This document shows, piece by piece, positions 8,797 through 19,686 of a DNA stretch of 32,000 nt. Position 1 is the first letter of the stretch; each line of letters opens with the position of its first letter. A program made the translations under genes and the position numbers. The stretch comes from Candidatus Saccharimonadota bacterium (GTDB lineage: Bacteria > Patescibacteriota > Gracilibacteria > BD1-5 > UBA6164): assembly GCA_965227835.1 (NCBI GenBank), contig OZ245768.1, forward strand, positions 600,001 through 632,000, in the 5' to 3' direction. The notes beneath the pieces are model-generated. The model ran no database searches. It was not told where the DNA came from and was given only the letters and a program-made list of their open reading frames with translations.

Positions 8797-11700
8797 AATT
8801 TATTATAGAATTAACCGAACTAAATACTCTCCCTGATATATTTGAAGTATTATTATTTGAATAACCTCAGTTTAATATTCTTTCAGCAAGTTTATTTATA
8901 TAATCATATTCAGGAGTTCATTCTGAAGGACTAACTAATTTTTCTTTTTCAAATCAATCAAGTTCTCTTAAAGTCCTTATTCAACATCTATCAAAAAATG
9001 TATTAAGTTGTTTAGATCTAGACAATGAAGCTGTAGATTTTCATACTATAGCTCAAAGCAATCAAGTAAGATTTTTAAAAATTAGAGTTTTCCTATCTTC
9101 CACACTTAGATCTGACTTTCTTGAAAGAAATTCAAATTCTTTATCTACTTCTGCGATTAAAGGTTCACTACTACTATTAACAAAAGGACCTCAAGAAGTA
9201 ACATTGAGGGCAAAACTCATAGTGTTGTATGAATCTAATCAAGATAATCAAACTCAATTAAAGGCATCACCCATAAAATCATCTTTATACGAATATCAAT
9301 CTGCATTTTCTTTTAATACATCATAATAGTTTTTAAAAACACTATTTTTATCCTTTTCAAGATATATCATATTATTTAAATAACTATTTTCATAAGAACT
9401 TCATTTATTTAGAGAATAAAGGGTTTTTATTAAAATACTTCAGTATTCATCATAAAACTTAATACATTCTTGTATTTTATAGGCTTCTGTTATAGAATTT
9501 GACTCAATATTATCAAATATAGTTTGAGCTTTTTTTGAAATTCATTTATACTTTTCAGGTTCTAGTTCTTCTATTCTTTTTGACACAGATAAAATAGTAT
9601 TGTTGGCTAAATCTATAGAAGATTTATATCTAAAAAAACTTAATATAGGTAATATAATTCATTTCCCAGGCATTTTTCTAAGAAGTTCCCTAGAGCTTTC
9701 TTCCATCTTATGGGAAGCACCTGAAAACATTAATACAAAAGGTATCTTGTTAATTTCTTCCATACTTCATCATGCCTCCACCATAGCTTCTAATCATCAT
9801 ATGGCATTAGGATAACCTCAACCCATTACTTCTCACATAACAAGTTCTAGTTTATCTCTGGAATTAGATATATTTTTACATTGTAGCTTTCAACCATTAA
9901 ATTCATCTTCTTTTCACTTTTCTCTAAGTTGGTCAATTTCTTTATGAAGTTTAGACCTTCTTTTTATTCACTTGTATCAACCAGAAGCACACTGCATCTC
10001 AAGTAGTTTTTTTACTAAACTTTCTTCTGTAAATACTTGATCTGATTCTTCTGCTTTTTGTTTTACCTCATTGTAAAGTTCATCTCAAATTTTTCATCAA
10101 AGTGACACATACCACAAAAATCTTCATTTGTATTTATAAAGAGCTTTTTTGGTATAAAGTATTCAATATTTTTCAAACATAAAAGCTAGTCATGCTTCTT
10201 TTTTATATTCAGGAGAATTTTTGTTTAAAAGCCATCATTCAATCATAGATATAGCTTCTTTAGAATCAATACCTTTAAGTCTAGTCAAATAATCATCCAT
10301 TCTTTTTTTCTTGGAATTTTCTTCTCTAGCAAGTAAATCTGCTTTCATTTCTTTTGGTAACCATAAAGAATTAGCAAATCTAGCAGCTTGTTCTTCATTT
10401 CATTCTTTTAAAAATGATTCAATAGAGTTTATAAATAATTTTCATCATGCTATTACATCTGCCATAGATAAATTGTTGAAAGCACCACTCCAAAAGCTAC
10501 CTTTTCTTCTTACTTCCTCTACATCTTCTTTTTTTTGTTTATTTTCCTCTTCAATACTTTTTGGTACTAGACTATGTTTTTTTACCCAAGTATCTAAAAA
10601 TCATATATTTACAGTTAGTTTACTGGGACTTACCTTAAAATGAGTTAGTTTATTTTTACCTTGTTTTGATTCTTTGAGTTCTTCTTCAAAATTTCAAAAA
10701 CTTATAGCTACTTTATCTCAAGATATAGAATGTATTTTTATGAGTTCATCACAATTTTTTTTATTTGATACTAAATAATCATATTTAAAGTTTTTTTCTG
10801 CTTTTGTATCTTTTTGTACTATATTTCAATTTTTAATCTCAAATTTTTCCCACAGGTTTCAATTATTTCATTTTCAGTCTGTATCTTTGATAAAACTATC
10901 TATATCATTTATTTTTGATGTTCTTTTTGCTTTTTTTTCTTTCCAATTATACAAAAAATCTCAAAAACTAATTTCTTCTTGTCATCAAATACATGAGTTT
11001 AATAGGATTGATCAATTAGGGTCAATTTTGGATATAGTAAAATATCCTGTCTCTCAATCTTGATTTTTTTCTGTTTCAAATGTTGTACCTTTATCAAATA
11101 GAAATTTTTTTCAATCAGGATCAAGAATATCTATTTGGTTTTTTAAAAAATTTATATTTAAACTGTCTATCTCATCAAATTGTCTTTGGATATCTTCATC
11201 ATCTTCTTCTAATGATAAATTTTTATAGTCCACATTTTCTTCCAATTCTTCATCTGTTATATCTTTTGGTATTTTCCCTTCTTTGATTAATACTTCTTTT
11301 TTCTTATTTTTAACTACATTGAGTTTTTGTTCTTCTAGCTCTTGTTCAGATTTGAAAGTTTCCATATTATCATCAAGTGATATATCTATTTTTCAAGATT
11401 TATTTCTTTCTTCTAAGGTTTCATAACTTATTATTTCAGTTTCAAGTATTTTTCATTTATAAAACTTTTCAATAAATCAAGAATATGAATTTTTATGATT
11501 CTTTTTAAAAAGAGTATAAGACATCGTTCAATCTATTTTTTCTTGTCATGCAAACACATCAAAACTAAATCATTTTTCTTCTCATATATTTGATTCTTCT
11601 TGTGTAATCTTGTATGCTAGAAAGATTTTTTTTCATTTTTGATCTTTTGCAACAATTTGAAAAAATGATTTATTTCAAAAATTTTCTCAACCTTTTAATT

Positions 11701-12760
11701 TTCATTTTAATTTCTCATCCATATCAATTTTATTTCTAAAATCATCTGGGGTTTTTGGTTGTTTTTTTAGTATATCTTTTTTTTCTTTTTCGATTCAGTT
11801 TTTTATTTCTTGATCTATAACTAATGGTAGTAATTTTTTAGATAATGTTTCAATATTAGAATCAGTACTAAAAAGATTTTTTACCGAAACTAAAATATTA
11901 TCATCATTTAATCAAGCTCATACTACTTCTATATCTTTTTCATCTAATCAATTAATTCAAGAATTTCTAACTAATTCTTCTTTTATTTTTTTTACTTTAA
12001 CAGAGTTTTTATCTACTAGTTTTAATTTTATAGCTTCTCAAATGCTTATGCAGTTTATAAAACTATAAACTAGCTCTTTTTTTTCTTCTAAACTAAACAA
12101 GTCATAGCTAAATAATTCTTTTAAATCAACTGTATCAACAGGTTCTATATTTTTTTGTTTTTCGCAAAGTGTGTATAGGAGTCTTTGTAGTTCTTGTTTT
12201 GTTTTATCATTTAAAGTATGATCTTTGAGTTTATTTTCTATTCTAGTTGAAAGGTTGAAATCTTTTAAAAAATCTAGACTCTCTTTTTTCTTTGGTATAC
12301 TTCAATCTCAAAGTATTTTTTTTAGAAATACAGATCTTGCTGAATCAGATTTTGTTATTCTATCTAAATCAGACTCATTTAGCTTAGAAACATATCCTGA
12401 AATATTTTCATCATAATATTTTGAGCTTATATCATAACTATTTAAAAAGATTTTTCCTAACTCTTGTCTTTTATTTTTAAGAGTAAAAAAGATGCTTCAA
12501 AGTTGTCTTTTTAGTTTACTTATAGTGATTTTATCATAATCTAGTCAATCAAACTCTTCATATTTTCATCAAAAATTCTCCAAATCTCTTTTTAAACCTG
12601 AAGAAATACTATCTGATGACATTATTTGGTTTATATAGTTTATTTTTTCTTTTTCGTCTGATAGTCTTTCATCACTAAACTTTTTTATAAACTTAGAATA
12701 TATGTTTATATCTTGTTTTTTGTCTTTTTCTAAGCTTCCTGTGTTTTTTATATTAGTCAT
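8795..12760 (-). CDS. Very large hypothetical protein, 1321 aa, no recognisable domain
   Basis: ATG 12760 to TAA 8795-8797, 3966 nt. I scanned every codon and found no TAA or TAG, which is highly improbable by chance in DNA this AT-rich. There are dozens of in-frame TGAs. The track fragments 12569..12760 and 11111..11365 are pieces of this frame. The protein is Lys/Glu/Asn-rich and has no obvious signal peptide or TM segment. Confidence 0.85.
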
Positions 12761-12825
12761 AAATATTTAAAGTTATTTTTAACTATTTTTCTTATCTTAT
12801 TATAGTATAAAATTGTAATAAAAGC

Positions 12826-12869
12826 AAAATAAATATCATCTAGGCTTAAATCCAGATGATATTTATTTT
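12826..12869. terminator. 16-bp perfect-stem hairpin with T-runs on both strands
   Basis: AAAATAAATATCATCT (12826-12841) pairs perfectly with AGATGATATTTATTTT (12854-12869). It lies between the 676-aa and 1321-aa genes. Confidence 0.6.
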
Positions 12870-12910
12870 ATTTCCTCATGCACTATGTTTAGGTACAATT
12901 ATTTATTGAT

Positions 12911-13072
12911 ATGGAGTTGTCTAAAAAAGAAGATGAGATAAGTAATTTTTTGAAACTAGTTTTACTAATGCTTTTACTGAGTGAAAAAATACTAAGTCTA
13001 AACTTTTTAAAAGGATGACTTACTGATACAAAAAAAGAAAACTATATCAAAAGACTTCTTATTTGCTTATAA
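12911..13072 (+). CDS. Possible small ORF, 53 aa, weak
   Basis: ATG 12911 to TAA 13070-13072. It has a hydrophobic core LKLVLLMLLL. It runs antiparallel to its neighbours, and there is no other support. Confidence 0.2.
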
Positions 13073-13095
13073 TTAAATAAAAATCTCTTATTTTT

Positions 13096-15126
13096 TTACT
13101 TTGGAATATTTGGTTTATTAGTTTTTAATATAAGTTTTCAACGATTTTCATCATAATCGTATACTTGATTATCATTTAAAACGATTTTTTCTAATGAGTG
13201 TTTTTCTTTATAATGAGTTCATATCTCCTTTAAAGCATTTTCAATAGCAACTCTCTTATTAGATCAGGCTTCAACTCACTGTGGTATGTCAACTTGAACA
13301 TATAACTTACCTTCTTTTTCAAGAATTTCATTAGGATTTTTATTAAAATAATCAATAATTTTATTTTTTTCATTCAATTTTTCCAAAGTATTTATAATTA
13401 TTTCATCAGCTCATTTATCTTTTATATAATCATTAAAGCTTATATATGCTTCAATTTTATCTTTAATTTTATTATATTCTGAAGGATTTTCTTTAACAAT
13501 AGAATCAATAAGATTTTTTATTTCATGATTTTTTGTATTGATGAAGCTAATATATAGGGCTTCTGTTCTTATTTTTATAATATTATTTGAAATTGATTCC
13601 AATCCTGATCAGTTGATATCTGTTCAAGAAATAAACCAATTTCATGTATCTTTATCTATATTTAGTTTACCTCAGTTAGGAGGGTATAATTGAATTTCTC
13701 ATCAAGTTTCAAAAAGGATTTTTATAAGCTCACTTGTACTAATATCAGAAATATTTGAAATATCTTCTAAAAGTTGCCTATCATTTGGGTTTAGACTATC
13801 TGAAATTCCTTCAGAATTACTCTCAATATCTTTAATTTTTTCTCTAGCTCTATCAATTAATAATAGATTTTTTGATTTATAATTCTCATTAAAAAATTCA
13901 GAATTTTCTGACATTCTTATTAGATTTTCTAATCACCTAACAGAATCAAGTCTAGATAAATTTCTTTCCAAATAATTATAATCAATATTATCAGATTTTT
14001 CTTTCGCTTTATCAATTAATCATAGTTTTTTTGATTCATATTTTTCATCAAAAAAGTCATAAGTCTCCGCAAATTTTATTAATTCTTTTAATCAAGCAGT
14101 AGTATTAAGATTGGATAGTTTTTTTTCTAGATAATCGTATCTAGAAATATCAGATTTTTCCATTTCATCATTCATAGAATCTATTTTGTCTAAAATATAG
14201 TTAGCATCTAGATTTGAATTATTGAATTCACCAACAAGATTTTCAATATATGAACTAAGAGAAGCATCTTTGGTCTTATTTTTATAATCTTTGTAACTCT
14301 TCACATAATCAATATAACTATCTAAATAAGGAATTATTTTTCCAATATTTTCTACATCATCAGTTGTAATTCATTTAAAAACTCCTTCTACTTTTAACAC
14401 AGGACCTCAGTATTTATTCAAAAATACTTTTTCAGACATTCAAGAATAATTAATAATATAATCATTTCCTGGTTCCTCTATTGTAATACTTCTATTTCTC
14501 CCTGTAGTTTGTCCATCTAAATTTTTTATAGAAGCATAAATATCTTGGTTAACTTCAATAGTATTTCAATTAGAATTAGCTGTAAAATCTTCAGAATTAC
14601 CTCAGTCATTAGTATTAAGATTAGAACTTTCTAAATCAAAAGTACCTCAGTTATCTGAAATATTAATAGATCTACTATTTGAAACAGCTCCTCAACTATC
14701 ACCATCTGTATCAACAGTAACTGCACCAGAACCATCTATACTTAAATCTGTTAAATTAATTTCATTCCCATTCTTATCAACTCCAGATCAAACAACATCT
14801 TTTCAAGAAAAATCTAGAGAATTGTAAGCAATTTCTGTTTTTTCTCACCAACTCCCGTCAGGAGTAATATCTTGTCACTCAAGTTTACAAATTATTTGAA
14901 CAGCATAGGTTTGGACTATATCTGACCTATCTATAGGTGAAGGCAAACAATCTTTTAAAGAATCTTTTAATTTTTCACTATTAGGATTAGTCGTATCAAT
15001 CTGATTTTTCAAGGTATCTCTTCATCATTCAGTTTGATATAGGAGTTGTGATATATCATCTAATCAAAAATTTGAGACATCAATTTGTTCAGCTCAATTA
15101 TTAGCTTCAGGTGATAAATTTGCCAT
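13096..15126 (-). CDS. Hypothetical 676-aa protein with a PG_binding_1-like motif, a G/D/S/N-rich region and internal repeats
   Basis: ATG 15126 to TAA 13096-13098, 2031 nt, verified codon by codon. Residues ~68-106 (nt 14809-14925), SDIVQTYAVQIICKLEGQDITPDGSWGEKTEIAYNSLDF, fit the peptidoglycan-binding pattern V..lQ..L..lG....DG.fG..T..A...f. Repeat units match each other: YDFFDEKYESKKLGLIDKAKEK against SEFFNENYKSKNLLLIDRAREK, and YDYLEKKLSNLNTTAGLKELI against YNYLERNLSRLDSVRGLENLI. Confidence 0.85.
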
Positions 15127-15144
15127 AGGTATTTATATTAAAAA

Positions 15145-15432
15145 TTAAAATTTCTTTGTAATTACTATATATTTTCAATCATTATAAATCTCTCCATATC
15201 AAATTACAAATTCATTTTTTTGCTCACAAGCTATAACAGACTTAATTTCAGCAATAGCAAGATCTCTCTCAATATTGGTTCAAGAACTAGATCATAAAAT
15301 TTCTTTCATATAGTAATCTTTTCAGTTTATATTCATTTTATAAACATCACTTCATTCTATTTTTTCAGCTTCTTCAATATTTTCAATGAAATAAGTAGCT
15401 TCTTTTCATTGAAAAGTTTTATGCTCTTTCAA
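15145..15432 (-). CDS. Small hypothetical protein, ~95 aa, start uncertain (TTG 15432 proposed)
   Basis: The frame is open from 15528 down to TAA 15145-15147, and the stop lies 18 nt before the start of the next gene. There is no in-frame ATG or GTG upstream of internal ATG 15336. TTG 15432 is the only canonical alternative start. Confidence 0.45.
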
Positions 15433-15514
15433 ATTTAAGACATGTTTGCAAAACTCAAAGGTATTTTTATGTTCCCTAATTATAAAAGTTGAAAAATTTA
15501 ATATATATAAAAAT

Positions 15515-15805
15515 CTAAATCTCTTGTATTATTTTATCACTATCTTCTATTTCTTTAATCCTATCTTTTCTCTCTTCTTCACGAACTTTTTCTAAAATAT
15601 TAGAAGCTTCTTTTAAATTATCCAAAGCCTGAGTATCTTTGGTATTTTTTATGGCATCTCAGATTAACTTAAGTATGTTATCCAAAATTTCCTCAGAAAC
15701 ATTATCAAACTTAGATACGAAAATATAGAGAGAATTAGCTAAATCCCATGTACCCGTTTCTGAAAGCATTTTCAGAATTTCTAAGACTTTTTGTTTTTTA
15801 TCCAT
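15515..15805 (-). CDS. Small helical hypothetical protein, 96 aa
   Basis: ATG 15805 to TAG 15515-15517, 291 nt. The translation runs MDKKQKVLEILKMLSETGTWDLANSLY..EEERKDRIKEIEDSDKIIQEI and includes one in-frame TGA. Confidence 0.65.
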
Positions 15806-15937
15806 TTAAAAGTTTTTTAATATATACTATAAATGTTAACATAAAAAATAAAGCATTACAAATATTTTGATGTTTTTTTAGATTTTTTATCATTTTTTAT
15901 TAAAATCACTTGAAATATTTTTGTAAAAAATAAATAA

Positions 15938-17161
15938 ATGATATTCTTATGAATCTTAGTAGCACTTTTTATATTTTCTCTGGTAGTATTAATACATGAA
16001 TGGGGGCATTTTTATGCTGCGAGAAAATTTGGAGTAAAAGTGTTAGAATTTTGACTAGGGATACCGCCTAAAGCAAAAGAATTATTTAGAGATAAAAAAT
16101 GAACAAAATATACTCTAAACTGGCTACCAATATGATGATTTGTAATGCTTGATGGTGAAAAATATGAAAAAAATGAAAAAGTATGAAAAACTAAATTTTA
16201 TACTAAAAGCTATCTACAAAAATCAGTAATACTTTTGGCATGAGTATTTATGAATTTCATTTTAGCTTCTTTAATATTTTCAATTCTTTTCATAATATGA
16301 ATAAAACCTATATGAATAAACACAATAATACCTACAAACTTAGAATCAAAAATAATACCTACTTATAATTGAGCTATAAAAGAAGAAATACTTTTAGAAA
16401 AAAAATGATTAATTTTAAATCCACTTAAAAATTCAATAGCAGAAAAATGATGAATAATAAAGTGAGATATTTTACTCAAAGTAAATGAACTTGAAATACA
16501 AACTCCAGAAGAACTAATAAATATGTTTGGAGACAATAAATGAAAAATAGTAGAGTTAGATATAAAAGAAAATTTATCTAATAACTTAAATTCAAAAGAA
16601 AATAATAGGAAAAACTGAAAACTAAAAAAAATATCTTTGAAGCTAGATGAAAACTGAAAAGCAGGTATGTATATATGAAAAAATATAGAGGTAAACGAAA
16701 ATTTTGAATATAAATACAATGTATTAGATAGTGTTAAATATTGATTTTATGAAACATATATACAGTCAACTTTGACATTAAAATGAATATGAATACTAGC
16801 AAGAAAAATATTTAATCCTAAGAATCAAAAAGAAAGAGATGAAGCTATAGATAGTATAAGCTGACCTATTTGAATAGTTGATTTGGTAAGTTCTAGTATG
16901 TCAAATTGAATTATATTTTTGTCTATCATAACAGCTGTAATATCAATAAATCTAGCTATTTTTAATATGCTTCCAATACCAGCCCTTGATTGATGAAGAT
17001 TTCTCCTCTTAACTATAAACACATTTTTAAAAAAAGTTTCAAGATGAAAAATAAAAACAGAGAAATTTGAAAATATAATACATTTTGTATTTTTTATTTT
17101 CTTGATTCTATTAACATTATTAATATCATACAACGATATAGAAAAAATAATTAACAGATAA
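15938..17161 (+). CDS. rseP: Site-2 (M50) zinc metalloprotease, RseP-like, 407 aa
   Basis: Motifs: LIHEWGHFYAARKFGV (HExxH), a central PDZ-like region AEKGGIIKGDILLKVNELEI, and FNMLPIPALDGGRFL, whose GG is TGA TGA at 16991-16996. It is open to TAA 17159-17161. The two minus-strand track ORFs inside it are antisense artefacts. Confidence 0.9.
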
Positions 17162-17163
17162 AA

Positions 17164-17757
17164 ATGAATAAAGATATAATTAAAAAGGCAGAAAGTTATG
17201 TAAACATACTTCTAATGCCTCTAGAAAATCATTATTTCCATCAATTTGATCATGCTTTGGAAGTAAAAAAAAGATCAATAGAATTAGCTGAAAAAGAATG
17301 ACTGGAAAAATGACAAATTGAAATACTTGCAATAGCTTGATTGTTTCATGATACAGGATTTATAATTCAGTATGATAAAAATGAATATATTTGAGCCAAA
17401 ATAGCCAAAAACTATTTAAAAACAATATTTTATCCAGAAGATAGGATAGAAATAGTTGAAAGACTTATATTAGCTACAGACCCAACATACAGAGAACCAA
17501 AAGATATAATGGAGGAAATAATAAAAGATGCTGACTTAGATAATTTGTGAAGAGATGATTTTTGGAAAAGATGAAATGATTTGAAAAAAGAAATAGAGTT
17601 AATAAAAAGTATAAAACTAAAAGACCCTGAATGGAAACATGCATCGCTTGAATTTATAGAAAATCATAGATATTTTACAAAATCTCAAAAAGAAGAAAGA
17701 TGAGAAAAAAAACTAGAGAATGTTAGGAAACTCGCGGAAATTGTGAATAAAATTTAA
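17164..17757 (+). CDS. HD-domain phosphohydrolase, 197 aa
   Basis: It starts 2 nt after the rseP stop. Motifs are HQFDHALEV ... AGLFHDTGF ... DADLDNLG (the H..HD..D pattern). It ends at TAA 17755-17757. Confidence 0.75.
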
Positions 17758-17802
17758 AGAGATGTGGAAAAAATTCCAATATAAAGTAATTCTTTTATTT
17801 TT

Positions 17803-17856
17803 TGTCAACAGAGAGCTTTAGCATTTTGTTATTGGTAAGAAGTTTCTATTTTTGAA
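17803..17856 (+). repeat. Structured repeat unit A: hairpin with GC-TTTA-GC apex, a small palindrome, then a T-run
   Basis: Unit A reads TGTCAACAGAGAGCTTTAGCATTTTGTTATTGGTAAGAAGTTTCTATTTTTG. It aligns with unit B at 17914-17966 over its whole length, roughly three-quarters identical by eye. Confidence 0.6.
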
Positions 17857-17880
17857 AAGAGAATATCTAATTTGTTTATC

Positions 17881-17914
17881 AATATTAAACTAACTTACAA
17901 GTTAGTTTAATATT
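17881..17914. other. Perfect 15-16 bp inverted repeat (hairpin) with no T-run
   Basis: AATATTAAACTAACTT is followed by its exact reverse complement AAGTTAGTTTAATATT, and the two arms almost abut. Confidence 0.7.
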
Positions 17915-17966
17915 GTAGGCAGACAGGCTTTAGCCCTTTGCTGTTGTAAGAAATTTCTTTTTTTGA
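17914..17966 (+). repeat. Structured repeat unit B
   Basis: Unit B reads TGTAGGCAGACAGGCTTTAGCCCTTTGCTGTTGTAAGAAATTTCTTTTTTTG. It shares GCTTTAGC and TTG..GTAAGAARTTTCT..TTTTTG with unit A. Confidence 0.6.
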
Positions 17967-17967
17967 G

Positions 17968-17998
17968 AAAAATTCCTTGATTTAATCAAGGAATTTTT
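17968..17998. terminator. Bidirectional terminator
   Basis: AAAAATTCCTTGAT pairs perfectly with ATCAAGGAATTTTT around the loop TTA, with an A-run and a T-run on either side. It lies between the convergent HD and EamA-like genes. Confidence 0.75.
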
Positions 17999-18045
17999 TA
18001 CTTTCTTGTTATTCATAATGTGTATAGTAAAACAATTTGTTTTGT

Positions 18046-18918
18046 CTAACTCTTAAAATAAGTTCATATTATTATACATATAACCACAAACAAAGTTATT
18101 ATAATATCCCTTTTTGAAGGGACTTCTTTTAAAATAAAAAAAGAAAATATATACAAAAAAACCAAGTAAAGCAAACTTATCAAACTAGTTGCAACTATTC
18201 AAAGGCTGGAGAACATAAACAAAATCAAAAGTACACTAAACATAATTACAACATTTGTAAAAACAAGAATTAAACTATATTTTTTTGTAAAAGTCTTAAT
18301 TTTTCAAAAATCATTTCTTAGAAAAGCAAAAAATATAGCTAAAGCTATAAGGATTAAAGATTCTGTAAAATAATATGTAACAGGATTTAGTTTGGTTAGT
18401 AGATATACTACAAAAAATAGCTGAATAGATTTTATAACAGAAGAAAGTGAAACCAAAAGTGAATATTTATTAATTTTGAATTTTTTTAAATCAATTGATG
18501 TTCATATAACTATAAAAGAAGCTATCAAGGCCATTATAAAAGTTATTATATTTACTCTTTCAGAAGCAATAAATATAAATCAAAATATTATTGGAAGTAT
18601 TTGTGCCAGCATGGTAAATGGCTGAAGAGTTGAGACTTTTTCATTTACATATGCTACTCTTTTTAAATAATAAGTAAAATACGAGGCTATAGATGATACA
18701 AAAAGCAAAAACCATTCTAAACTAGAAATTGGATTTGATTTTATGTCATATTCAAAAATTCATATTCAAAAAAGAACTATCAACAATACAGCATGAATTC
18801 ATCTATTAAATAAAGTATGTAAGTTATTTCAAATAGGTTTAATTTTTAATAAAACTTTACTACTAACAAGTCATAAAGCTCAAAAAAGTGCTTGAAGGAT
18901 TCAAATTAAAAAAGACAT
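18046..18918 (-). CDS. Polytopic membrane protein, EamA/DMT-like transporter, 290 aa
   Basis: ATG 18918 to TAG 18046-18048, 873 nt, verified codon by codon. About ten hydrophobic segments fall into two similar halves, which is typical of the drug/metabolite transporter fold. The assignment rests on topology only. Confidence 0.6.
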
Positions 18919-18937
18919 ATCTCGTAAAAATATTTAG

Positions 18938-19564
18938 TTAAATTTTAAAAAATTTTAGAATTTTTTCCCAAAAAGACTCACTTGTTTTTTTGTATAAATC
19001 TTTTTCTTCATCAATAGATTCTAGATTATTTCTTATATCTATATGATTTTCTTGTATAGATATAAGTTTTTTATCTAAAATAGCTATATAACCTGAAAAA
19101 AGGTTAATTCAAACACTAGATTCAGGTTCTATATGATTTGCAAGTATTGATAAGGTAACATTTAGTTTTGTTATTGTTTGATTTCTAAAAACATCATCAA
19201 TTAAAGCTCTTTTATATTCTTCTTTTGATATTCTATATTCTTGAGGCAAGTATTTATCAATATCTTGGGTATTTTCAATTTCATCAATTTTATTTAAAAT
19301 CTCTTCAACTTCTTGATTATCTAATTCTTGTCAAGACAAAGCTTTTTCAATATTTTTTAAATCTTTGGCATCTAAATCAAGATCATGACTATTTAGTAAA
19401 TCTTTAAATTTATCAAGTGCTTCTTCGACTTTTATACGTTCTTTGGTTTTTTGAGTTTTCCTCTCTTGTTCAATTGCCTTTTTTTTAGATTCTTTGTCTT
19501 TTTTATCAAGGGCTTCTTTTTTCTTTTTTTCTGATTCAGAATATTTATGAGATTCTTTAAACAT
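18938..19564 (-). CDS. Hypothetical protein with a Lys/Glu-rich N-terminus, 208 aa
   Basis: ATG 19564 to TAA 18938-18940, 627 nt. The track ORF 19331..19564 continues through a TGA. The stop lies 19 nt upstream of the EamA-like start, so the two genes probably form an operon. Confidence 0.7.
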
Positions 19565-19686
19565 AAAAATTTTTTAAATTTTTTAAAATACAAAAAGAAG
19601 TATAGAGTTTAAAAATAAATTATCAAACTTTTATAAAAATGTATGTATAAAAATAAATTCCTATTTTAAAATTTGTAAAAATAAGT

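Noticed and set aside
12911-13072. The 53-aa plus-strand ORF between the two giant minus-strand genes, read as an antitoxin or immunity-like gene.
   Set aside because: It has no SD and no recognisable motif, and it is oriented against the surrounding transcription unit. It is kept only as a low-confidence feature, not as a finding.
15930-15937. TTGAAA..TAAATA promoter-like hexamers directly abutting the rseP ATG.
   Set aside because: The -10 would end 2 nt before the ATG, so transcription would start inside the CDS. The spacer is only 15 nt, and in DNA this AT-rich such a match is probably chance.
16363-17133. Track ORFs 16363..16719(-) and 16825..17133(-), plus the similar antisense or out-of-frame ORFs at 1616..1862(+), 5021..5293(-), 9600..9815(+), 10311..10643(+), 11080..11286(+), 12225..12416(+), 19225..19407(+), 19808..20050(-), 25298..25889(-), 27276..27497(-), 30206..30397(+) and 30758..31039(+).
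   Set aside because: Each lies inside, and mostly antisense to, a verified long code-25 CDS. Their translations are F/I/L/S/Y-rich low-complexity strings, as expected from the complement of AT-rich coding DNA.
17800-18000. Possible CRISPR array or tRNA in the repeat- and hairpin-rich intergenic region.
   Set aside because: There are only two diverged copies with irregular spacing and no spacer-repeat periodicity. No cloverleaf or T-loop consensus is present. No cas genes occur in the window.
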